This document shows, in pieces, positions 1-9,570 of a stretch of DNA of 18,413 bases. The notes under the pieces are model-generated. The model made no database searches. It was not told where the DNA came from and was given only the letters and a program-made list of their open reading frames with translations. The number at the start of each line of letters is the position of its first letter. Position 1 is the stretch's first letter. The DNA comes from Azolla caroliniana. Its lineage: Eukaryota > Plantae > Polypodiophyta. Position numbers and translations under genes: made by a program. The stretch lies in contig JBHGNT010000652.1 in NCBI GenBank assembly GCA_043228905.1, forward strand, positions 1-18,413, read 5' to 3'.

Positions 1-99
1 AGCACATAGGATGCGTCCTTTTCAAATTTGGCATATGGACAAACAACCAAGACTTAGAAAATAATTTATAAAATAATGTTTATTTAATGTGGACTTAGT

Positions 100-1280
100 C
101 TGTTTGGAGCTTCTTATGTTTCCACTCCTGTTGTACATGTGCAATGTAGACTTTTGTGGCGCCTTCATCGCCCCAATTCTGAATTTACTATTATATTACG
201 TTGAATCTTTAATCAATGTTGGGGTTGAGTTTACAACAAACCACTAAATTATCCCATATATTGTTTAAATATATAACATTTCGCAATCACTATCACAATT
301 TGCATAGTACACATGCCGTAGTACTTGTCAAATTCCACCAAAAAAAATTCCAATATTTTGGATGTCCATATAATGTTGTTTGGCACCCCCACATTTGCAC
401 ACATTAATCAAACATAACTTATGGAAATGTATTTTGTTTGTAAGCAGGCTTGCAATTGTCCTATACTTGTACAAGGATTAGACGTTTTGTTGAATTATAG
501 ATACATTTGTTAAGTAGAGAACAAGTATACAAATGTAGGATATCCCTTCATACAAATAAATAAATTGACAAACAATGTTTATAAACTTGAACAATTTGAA
601 ACAAAAACATAATGCATTCATTGCCCTCTATTATTAATCACATAATCATACCATTATTTGCTCACATGGAGCTGCAAATGTCTTGGTGACATTGTAAAGT
701 TTTTAGGGTAATTTTCTATTGTTTTGTGTGATGGTGAACAAACATTGCATTGTAAATAACTACCAAAAAAAATATTTGGAATAATAATTAAAATTGGATA
801 CAAATACACATTTTACAAAACCTTTAAGAGAAATTTTATAGATACTTGTTTATTTATATGGGAAACCACTAACCTAGTTATGCACCTTAAGTATTGAGTA
901 ATATCGATTATAACCCTAGGAAATTTCGAGCAACCTAATTGATTTATGGGCACAATCTATTCAAACTATCTTGTAATTTAATTACATCAAGTTAATTCAC
1001 TAACTTGTTCCCTTATATTCAAGTTTGGGTTAAAGACAAATAACATACTGACAAAGTTAGTATGTTGTCATGTGGCAAACTATGAAAGAGGTTTTGAGTT
1101 CATTCTCCGCAAAAGCTCTCACACCGCCTCATATTACCTTAGTTGTTCAAGAAATGTCACTATGTTCCACTTGTCGAAGAGTAAGCACTTTATTTATCTT
1201 TTTAGCTACAATAAATAATGCTACTAATGGAGCAATGCTTACCAATATCAAACTAGGATTTCTATCAAACTAATTGCGTT
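100..1280 (-). mobile_element. Highly decayed, internally deleted PIF/Harbinger-like DNA transposon remnant (transposase ends plus Myb/SANT-like ORF)
   Basis: Hand translation of the - strand gives three fragments in the expected order. At ~1060-1160, FLEQLR*YEAV*ELLRRMNSK...VCHM resembles the transposase N-terminal C-x3-LRM-x4-F-x2-LC motif. At ~618-665, EQI..WYDYVINNRGQ* resembles the C-terminal R-x2-IA-x2-MW-x-DY motif. At ~190-375, IIWTSKILEFFL...IWDNLV...RFN resembles a Myb/SANT-like domain. There are many stops and frameshifts, TIRs were not found, and boundaries are approximate. Confidence 0.45.
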
Positions 1281-1544
1281 GAATTAATTGATTGATTAGT
1301 GAATCAAAATGATATGTCAACACAATATTCACATTAGGGTGCGAAAGACCCCTTGAATGTGGCCTAATATTGCTGACGCTCGTGATATTTCCCCTCTAAT
1401 TAAGTAGCTTAAGGCTTTCTCCATAAAAGGGCAAGTAACATGTGCTATTTATTGATTCCTTAATAGCTTGGTTCAATAGATTTTAAATCACTTAAGCTTT
1501 ACTATCATGTTTCCTTAAAAGCTTAATTCGAAGCATGCATTATT

Positions 1545-2364
1545 TTATTTTATTTTATAAAAGATTTTCTTCAATAGTATTAAGAATAAAACGCCCGAAG
1601 GCACCTAGTTACCAAGGAGGTTACAACTTTTCCTATACAATGCTGTAAAATACAAGGATGGTTACATTTATTGATATTCAAGAAAGAGTCCATGGAAGTC
1701 GATATTGCCATTGAGGTTCTTGAGTTGACATTGTAAACAAGGGCACCTTTTCCATAAGTGAAGAAGCTTTTTCCTTTTCTTGTTCATAGTATCCGGGGAA
1801 CCTTGCATATTGTCATACTGGCCACGGACTACTGCCAACAAGTTCTCCCATATCTCAAACAGCACATCTGAGAGATGAATGTCTACCCCATCATAAAGTC
1901 GGTTACATCAATATTTCCATAAAGCCCATAATGTTATTGTGGTCACAGTTTTCCAAATTTGGACAAACCGCACCTGCATGCAAGGTTGCTGGAAGGACTA
2001 ACTAATACCAATCTTCTATTATGTATTGTCATTGCCTGATGAACATCGTTTGCCTCATACAACATCAAGCCAGAGTGTAGTACTCCCCACATCGTTGATC
2101 CCCATGAGAATAGGCAACCTACATTGATTGTTAGGAATAAAGACATGACTTTCTTCCATACTTGTTGAGCAAAAGAACAAGACCATAGGACATGCTTGGT
2201 AGTCTCCTAAGGTTCATGGCAAAAGCCACATTGCCGCAAATTGGGTGCTACATTCCCTTTCAATGAATGACCAACGGGTAGTGCCATATGCACTAATAAC
2301 CACCGAAAGAGAATAAATTTAGTTAGCCCCTTGAATGACCATATCCACTTCCATTAGGTTCTCA
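1545..2364 (-). mobile_element. 5'-truncated L1-clade LINE fragment (ORF2 C-terminal zf-RVT region, 3' UTR, A-rich tail)
   Basis: The - strand reads WKWIWSFKGLTKFILFRWLLVHMALPVG...CGFCHEP*ETTKHVLWSCSFAQQVWKK (CCHC zf-RVT motif) and later ITLWALWKY*CNRLYD. An (AAAAT)n tail lies at ~1542-1560. The direct repeat TCGAAGCATGCATTATT flanks it at 1528-1544 and 2365-2381 (TSD). In-frame stops and a frameshift are present. Confidence 0.93.
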
Positions 2365-2905
2365 TCGAAGCATGCATTATTATTGAAGTATAGAACAAAT
2401 AAAACCATGATATGCTTTATTGGTTTTTTTTACAAGGTGTAGTAATGATGTTCCAAAAGCAAGTATTGTTGATAATTTGGCCATACAAGAGGGGTACTTT
2501 TATATTATCACTCAACCTATGACCATGACCATGTTTCAAGATCGAAAACGAATATCCATCTTTTATGGATTATTTGCATGTAACATTTGTCAAGGTTTGC
2601 CAAAAAACTTGTAACGCATAGCAAATACCACATCTCGTAGAAACGGATACACACATTTTATAAGACAATGACATCATAAGTTGACAAAGCCTAGTACAAA
2701 GGCATTATCTTTATATACACATGACATGTACAAGTCGTGGTTTGTGGATATACATTTTTTTTTACAAACTAGCCTTTTAAATATATAGATATAGTAGTGT
2801 ATTGGTAAAGGTAATGCGGATTCAAATCTCAAGCAAAGGGTTCAATGTAATGCACGCACATAAAACTACTTATATTTCTAGTTTAGAATAATCCAATCTA
2901 ATAAC

Positions 2906-3332
2906 TAGCAATGGGCACGGTTTCAGCTCAAACCGAACCGAACCGTTAAGCCATGGCTTAATGGTTTATTGGTTCAAAGATAAATAAACCGTTTGGTTTG
3001 GTTTCAAATATTATGATCCGGTTTGGTTTTGAATTTCATGGTTTAGCGGCTTATTGGTTTATTGGTTTCGGTTTGTTTTGGTTTTGAATTTCATGGTTTA
3101 GCGGTTTAGGTTTATGTGGTTTGCTTTAAAGGTTTACAAGTTTTGAAGGTTTAAAGGTTTATAGGTTTATCGGTTTATAAATTTGGTTTGGTTTTGATTT
3201 ATGATAAATCGATTTGGTTTGGTTCTAAATTTTTCATAAACGGTTTGGTTTAAATGGCTTCATAAAATTTACAAAGTTTGGTTTAGTTTGGTTTCAAGGC
3301 CAGGAAACCGAACTGAATCGCGCCCATTGCTA
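2906..3332. mobile_element. Non-autonomous hAT-type MITE (427 bp)
   Basis: The TIR TAGCAATGGGC (2906-2916) pairs with GCCCATTGCTA (3322-3332) and extends imperfectly inward. A perfect 8-bp TSD, CTAATAAC, lies at 2898-2905 and 3333-3340. The interior is packed with AAACCG/CGGTTT/TGGTTT motifs and has no ORF. Confidence 0.93.
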
Positions 3333-4434
3333 CTAATAACAATCTCCAAAGAAGTGAAGTGGATTTGTAAGTAAAGTTTCGAGAGCACAATGGATGACAA
3401 CTAGTAAAATACATCTTGTGTGTTAAAGCATTTTTTAATTATTGTACAAAATACATACAAACCATCGGTTCCAATTTGAGCCTTTATATATATCATGCCC
3501 GCAAGTTAGATTTTGCATATGATTGCCGATAGGTTAATGGCATGATTTGAGAGTTTAAGGTGTAGTACAATGGATTTAACCATATGCTCTTTCTATGAAT
3601 TCTTTGTATTTTGGATATGATATTATCAACAACTTCTTGCTCTTATATTTGGTTTTACAAATTTTGTCCTCAAAACAAGAGAGGAGTTTTTGTTTTATAA
3701 CATGAAAGGTTAAGTTTCCTTTTTGGACTATATTAATTTATGAAGAGAATCAAAAGATAATTATAAACGAAACCCTTGTGTTGTCTTTAACTAATTTGCA
3801 ATGTAGATACTAGAGTGCATGATTTAGCAAGGGGAAATTCTACATATAAAAACTTGTGGAGTAAGCGTACCTATTTTCTATTCTATTTGTTGATATCCCC
3901 ATTGCGATGATACCATTGTGTATGTAACAAACGTGGAGAAAATGGATCTAAAAAATAGAACTCAAATGAATCTATTACATTCTAACTCCTAGGCCCTAGA
4001 GAAGAAGGTTCAGAAGTGTAGGGTTTTATAGAATAGGTGTGGAATTTACACATTTGGAGAGCTTAAAATAGAAAAGAAAGAACAATATATCATTAAAATA
4101 GGAAATTGACAACCTAAAAGGTAAGCAATAAACGAACATTGATTCACAATAAATATAAGCATCTCTCTTCGATTGACTTATTGGTATAACAATCAAAAAA
4201 ACTTTTGCATGTGCACAAGATTGCTAAGAATTCTGTTTCACCATTGATACATAACATTCGAACAAATTAATATTAAATGAAGTAAAGTCGTTTAAAGAGA
4301 ACAATCATGTGGGCTAACTAGACCAATTGAAGCAATAGCCTGGATGTGGATGTCACATCGGCACCATGTGTGGCACAAATTAAAGAGTGTTTTCCATGCA
4401 AAAGTTTAACTTTTATAATTAAATTTGAGACAAC

Positions 4435-5055
4435 AAGCATTTATGCAATTACATTAGACCAAGGAAATTTATATTAATGCTCAAAAATCCTTGAAGGTCA
4501 AGACTCAAGACATTTTGTAATACTTCAACATGTTTACGTGTGATTATTTGCAAATCCTTGAAGGCATTTGTAGTTCAATAAGTTTTAGTACGATTTTCTC
4601 ATTGTCTACATTTCCAATAATCGTTTCCTAAGGGAAGGTCTCATATTTTGATGATGTTCCATTGATTTAATTTTTTGACTTTCTTGGTTGAAGGCATATT
4701 CACGGTGGCAATCTCTTAGGTCATTGGTTTCCTTTCCTAATATTTGAATATTCAATTCAAAAGCATTTATGCAATTAAATTAGACCAAGGAAATTTATAT
4801 TAAATTATGTTCAAAAATCAATGAAGGTCAACATGTTTATGTGTGATTATTTCAAATTGTTGAAGACGATTGTAGTTCAACATATTTTGGTACGATTTTC
4901 TCGTTGTCTACATTTCCAAATAATCATTTCCTAAGGGAAGGTCTCATATTTTGATGATGCTCCATTGATTTAATTTCTTGAACTTTCTTGGTTGAATGCA
5001 TGTTCATGCTACCAATCTCTTAGGCCACTGGTTTCCTTTCATGATGTTTGAATAT
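4435..5055. repeat. Imperfect tandem duplication, 326-bp offset, 2 copies
   Basis: AAGCATTTATGCAATTA(C/A)ATTAGACCAAGGAAATTTATATTAA starts at 4435 and 4761. Both copies share TTTCCTAAGGGAAGGTCTCATATTTTGATGATG. Copy 2 lacks a 27-bp segment. Confidence 0.92.
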
Positions 5056-5072
5056 CCGGTTCTGTAAGAATT

Positions 5073-5292
5073 ACATATTGGCACATTTTCAACGTATGTT
5101 TTCTCTTAGTGCATGGATTCCGACATGTTTGACTTAAGAGAGTTTGGACACACATACGCAACTCTAGCTTTGCAATGTGTTCAATTTGATAAGGAAAACA
5201 TCTTGGCACATTTTTTACATATATTTTCTATTGTTGCATGAATATGGACATGCTTGACTTAGAGCATATGTACACAAACAAGCAACTCTAGC
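5073..5292. repeat. Diverged tandem duplication (~126-bp offset), with a third partial copy near 6745-6785
   Basis: TTGGCACATTTT...GACATG(T/C)TTGACTTA...GCAACTCTAGC occurs at ~5073-5168 and ~5199-5292. GACATGTTTGACTTAGAGAGTTTGGA recurs at ~6756-6781. Confidence 0.8.
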
Positions 5293-7027
5293 CTCTCAAG
5301 GATTCCTTGAAAAGTTGAAACAAAGCAAATCCCAATGTATGTGCCTTGATAGTGAAAGTTTGAGTAAATCAACCGGACTAGTAGAGGCAAGAATGAAAGG
5401 TTCCATAGAACACTTTCTTTTGAGTACATTATTTTTGCAATTACGATATTTTATTAGCAATGTTGAAAGCACAAATTCTTGGTAGTCATAGCAACTTCAA
5501 CGATCTTAAAAGATTGGGAAAGTTGTTGAAATTGGGGGATTGCGCACCTCCTCCAGTAATTGACATTGGCATTGACATTTTTCGTGGGAAACTAGGCCAT
5601 TTGAAGTTAAAGAAAGTTTCAAGTTTGAGTTAGTTCACAAGAGTTCAAGAAGAATATCATCTTTAAATGTGGTTTGCTCGTATATACATTCAAAGAAGAA
5701 ACACCATAATTAGCTTCACGTGTAAAGAAAGGACAGCAAAAAAAAAGAAATTGTATTTCCAAAAACCGGGTCTTCACTAACTCAATTCTATTAGCACTAC
5801 TATGATGGATGAATGGAGCTGATCTATTGTAGAGAAGCTTGTTGTACATATTCCAAGGAAACATGTATCACTCGCAAAGAAACATATTGAACCTAAGTTA
5901 CAACTTACAACACCTTAAAGATCTAAAGCTTATTTGGACACCTGCGGTTCTTAATGAACATAGAATTGGAATACGTTTCCATGAACCTCTTTACATTTGG
6001 CCTTGTCATTTTCCAATGGTTGACTAGTGACAAATTGTCTGAAGTAAAAACTCATTCACTAGTACAATACATGAGATGGAATATCTTCTCAATAAGCTAT
6101 GAGCGCAAGCGTTTCTAATTGAGATGCATCACTAACGTTATCCTCTTACAAATAACAGCAAATGGTTTGAAAATATAAATGTTATGAGTGTGACATTGTG
6201 TTGTATTTCAACGAGGAGGCATTTCATGTCAAAGAAAATATTCATTATCCTAATTTGTTTTGTAATGACTATGAAGGCTGATGGTAATGTTCATGAATAC
6301 TTGAAACATCATCTTGTTTCATTTGAATTTCATAATTGAATGTATTTCTATTCAACTAGCATATCAATTGTAACTTAAGATGGTCCATAAATGCCATTAT
6401 CAAACTTTCTTGGCTAAGATGGCTCTTGCCTATTTCCCATGCAAGAATTTTGATATTTTGTGAGAATTATTACGCATCAATATTAGTTGGGTCTTCGAAA
6501 AGTTGTCTCACCATGAATAATCAATGACAATAATAACAAGAATACCCTATCTATTTAGAGGAGATTGAAATTAAAATTAAGTCATATTCAATGTTTCTTT
6601 ACATGATTATAAACAAATCTATGGACATTGGCGTTTAAGTTCTCATTGTCAATATATTAAAAGAAATACCATTTATCCTAGAAAACTAAACTCTAGACAT
6701 TCATATAAGAAAACCAACTATGTATGATCGACGATTATTTGATTATATGGATTATGACATGTTTGACTTAGAGAGTTTGGAGACGTAAGATTTGTAGAAC
6801 CTCGATATCTCCTTGAAATGGAGATAAACATGCATGTATTTTATTTATTTGTTTAAGGTTTTGCAAGTTCTTTAAGAGATTGATAAAATGTGAGTATGAA
6901 ATATACATAGAATCTATTAGTGTGTGCACAAGCAAGCATTTTCTTTAATTCCAGGGTTTCACCATTTTTTATTTTTTTTTATCGGAGTGAGTTCTCAAAA
7001 CTTTCCTTAGTGGATTATTGTTCATCT

Positions 7028-7130
7028 TGCCAATTGGCAATTCAATATGTCACACTATTCGTATCATTGATTGGCAATTCGAATATGTCCCACAGTTTGT
7101 ATCGCCTATTGGCAATTCAACATGCCCCAC
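7028..7130. repeat. Three degenerate 37-38-bp tandem units starting at a 12-bp palindrome
   Basis: ATTGGCAATTC occurs at 7033, 7070 and 7108, each followed by an AA(T/C)ATG(T/C)C(A/C)CAC-like segment. The palindrome TGCCAATTGGCA lies at 7028-7039. Confidence 0.75.
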
Positions 7131-7225
7131 TACCCAATTAGTTAGTGGACGACCATACTCACTCCATTGTGGTACCCATTTATTGTAAATGCCAATGTTT
7201 TTCACACACATTTTATTGATGGAAT

Positions 7226-7226
7226 T

Positions 7227-7274
<48 letters not shown>
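7226..7274. repeat. Compound microsatellite (TG)n(AG)n
   Basis: Read directly from the sequence. Confidence 0.97.
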
Positions 7275-8536
7275 TGGCATAGGTTCAATGCCTAGTAATC
7301 TAATAACTTACCATTAGGGTAAGCTAATTACAATAACAAACTTTGAAAAGGGAAAAATATGTTTTCTTTATTTTAATTTTATTTACTACTATGGGAAATT
7401 ACCTCAACCTAGTGGTTAGTTGTTATGCTATTATTGTTTATGTCTTGGGTTCGATTCCCAATTTTCTCATCTCTCTCTCTCATTAGTGTCATAGCAAAAT
7501 TTTATGTTACGTCATGGTCCTTTTTCTTTTCTTTTCTTTTTTATTAGAAATTAGCTCACCCTAGTGGTAAGTTGTTATCCTACTATTGCCTATGTCATGT
7601 TTTCTTCATATTCTCAAATATACGTTTTATGAGTTTTTGAACGTTTGATTATAATTTATAATGACATATTTTGATTCAATCTCTATAGTTCATACTCATT
7701 TTTTTGTAAAGTTTTAAAGTGAAGAAATTGATACTTTCACTAGTTACGAGATGAGCACGTTAATAATTGCAAGATGAGCTCATCATCAATACAATTATGT
7801 CTTTGAACTATTTGATTTTTATATTCGTGTTTTCTAATGTTTAGTAATTAAGTAATTCTTAAGTTTTGAGCTTTTAATTGTGTTGACATTTGATTCAATC
7901 AATATATAATATTGAGCGTGGTCTTTTTTTTTCCAACTTATTAATCCAATCCAACTTTGAGATGATTTACCATACACGTTTGATTCAACCATTCTCAAAT
8001 CTTTATTTGTTTCCCAACTTATTAATCCAATCCAACTTTGAGATGATTTACCATACACGTTTGATTCAACCATTCTCAAATCTTTATTTGTTTCCCAACT
8101 TATTAATCCAATCCAACTTTGAGATGATTTATCATACACGTTTGATTCAACCATTCTCAAATCTTTATTTGTTTCCCAACTAAATAATCCAAATTATCCA
8201 ACTTTGAGATGATTTACCATACACGTTTGATTGAATCATTCTCAAATGTGAATGCGCATATGGTACATATGGTTCATTCTATGGTATCAAGTAGATATAA
8301 TAGAGAGATGAGAAAATGAGGTTTCGAAGCGAAAATGTTTTCAAGTAACAATTTACCATTAGGGTACTAAGCTAAAGCTAATTATGGTAAAAGAAAGAAA
8401 GATAGAAAGAGAGTCATCTTGTGAATTAAGAGATATGTATGAAGTATCTAATAGAGAGGCGAGAAAATTAGGTTTCGAAGCGAGAATGTATTGTAACAAT
8501 TTACCATTACTGTAAGCTAATTACGGTAAAAGAAAT
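7275..8536. mobile_element. Cluster of five tRNA/SINE-like modules in both orientations; possible foldback-type element
   Basis: The + copy at 7396-7482 has an A-box-like CCTAGTGGTT (7408) and a B-box GGGTTCGATTCCC (7447-7459), followed by ATTTTCTCATCTCTCT. A partial + copy lies at 7547-7600. Reverse-complement copies lie at 7275-7329, ~8297-8400 and ~8449-8536; the latter two read AGAGAG(A/G)(T/C)GAGAAAAT..GGTTTCGAAGC..TTACCATTA..AAGCTAATT. Confidence 0.55.
7932..8247. repeat. 81-bp minisatellite, ~4 near-identical copies
   Basis: TTTGATT(C/G)AA(C/T)CATTCTCAAAT occurs at 7979, 8060, 8141 and 8226 (offsets 81, 81, 85). The copies are nearly identical and have no unique spacers. Confidence 0.96.
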
Positions 8537-8560
8537 AAAACAGACGTCCAAATTATGGTG

Positions 8561-8751
8561 TTTTGATCCCTTATCTCCCTCTCCCCTCCCTTTATCTCAT
8601 CTAATCCTCGCCTACACCAAGTTTTGTCTACGATTCGGGTGCGTTCAAATCGATCTTGGTGGTCTCTTCTCCCTCTCGACTTATCTACAACCCATCAATG
8701 ATTTCACCGTTCCGCACTCCTTGTACCGGCTCGAAGGTCAACAAAAAAAAA
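8561..8751 (+). mobile_element. Short polyadenylated retro-insertion (LINE 3' end, SINE or retroposed fragment)
   Basis: The exact direct repeat (AAAA)CAGACGTCCAAATTATGGTG at 8537-8560 and 8748-8771 flanks a ~190-bp segment ending in CAACAAAAAAAAA. This is the pattern expected from target-primed reverse transcription. Confidence 0.85.
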
Positions 8752-8850
8752 CAGACGTCCAAATTATGGTGATAAGAGTGTGTAAACAATCAGATAAAAG
8801 ATTAAGATTAGGTTATGGTTGTAGAGATGGTGATGAGTTGTGGTTCTCCT

Positions 8851-8859
8851 TATTTATAG
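8851..8859 (-). promoter_or_regulatory. Canonical plant TATA box (CTATAAATA) facing leftward
   Basis: The - strand reads GGCCTATAAATAAGGAGAACCACAACTCATCACCATCTCTACA, a consensus TATA followed by CA/pyrimidine-rich initiator-like sequence. This is a motif match only. Confidence 0.4.
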
Positions 8860-8967
8860 GCCCCCCCCACTCTCTCTCTCTCTCCATTGACTCTTTTTGT
8901 GGGTGATTCACCTTGTTACATTTTTAGTCCAGTACGGAAACAGTCCTTTGTCCTTATCCCTCTCTTT

Positions 8968-8976
8968 CTATATATA
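8968..8976 (+). promoter_or_regulatory. Candidate TATA box for the PIRL gene (CTATATATA)
   Basis: It follows a pyrimidine patch and lies ~70 bp before the first strong donor, AAAAG|GTAATG (9043). It is embedded in an AT microsatellite, so the call is ambiguous. Confidence 0.3.
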
Positions 8977-9042
8977 CATATACATATATATATATACAGT
9001 ATAGGATATATTGTACATACATTTAAGTACTATAAGCAAAAG

Positions 9043-9546
9043 GTAATGTATATCTCCTCTGTACTTCCTCAGAAGATCTTCTTGTATGTATGCATGTTCT
9101 CAGATAATGGTGTGTGTATTTTCCATCCATGTCCCTCTTCTTCAGACTTCTCTTCTCTTTAGTACTCTTCTGATTGCAAATTATAGCCTATGATTTTAAC
9201 TCCTACTCCCTAATTACTTCTATTGTTATCTTCACCTGATTGCAAAATTATCATAGCCTGCTGTTTCCCTTAAAAAATTTCAGTTCATGACTATCAGGTA
9301 GGTTTCTCATTCATCGGATTCTAATTTATTTATTTTTTTGTTTTATTTTTCTTCTAATTTATTATTATTATTATTTGATTTATTGTGCTATATTATCATT
9401 GTAAAAACAATTTGTAATTTGCAGGCTTCTTCTTCTTCTTCTTCATTTATTCATTTTTTTTTTTTTTTAATTGGCATCCGAAAATGCTGATTTGACTACT
9501 GTATAAGATGGTTAAAAATAATGATTATCTGCAAATTATTTTGCAG
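9043..9546 (+). other. Predicted 5'-UTR introns of PIRL (9043-9283 and 9298-9546) flanking a 14-nt microexon (9284-9297)
   Basis: Splice sites: donor AAG|GTAATG (9043), acceptor TTTCAG| (9283), donor CAG|GTAGGT (9298), and acceptors TTTGCAG| (9424) and TTTTGCAG| (9546). Intron bodies are U-rich. Confidence 0.5.
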
Positions 9547-9570
9547 GGTAAACTTGGAGCAGTAGCAGAG

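Noticed and set aside
3930-4125. + strand exon-like, Lys/Glu-rich segment ending at AAG|GTAAG
   Set aside because: It has multiple stops and no recognisable family or partner exons.
6025-6125. - strand LETLALIAY*EDIPSHVLY**MSFYFRQFV, faintly like a CRA (CTLH-complex) domain
   Set aside because: The match is short, has three stops and lacks flanking LisH/CTLH similarity. It could be chance and needs a profile search.
7396-7482. Functional tRNA gene
   Set aside because: It has a T-loop/B-box and a weak A-box, but I could not fold acceptor and anticodon stems. Treated as a tRNA-derived repeat.
7834-8183. ORFs of 108 aa (-) and 97 aa (+) with repeated peptides
   Set aside because: They are by-products of a 3n-length minisatellite, with no recognisable domain or gene context.
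7932-8247. CRISPR-like array
   Set aside because: Whole 81-bp units repeat with no unique spacers, there are no cas genes, and the context is eukaryotic.
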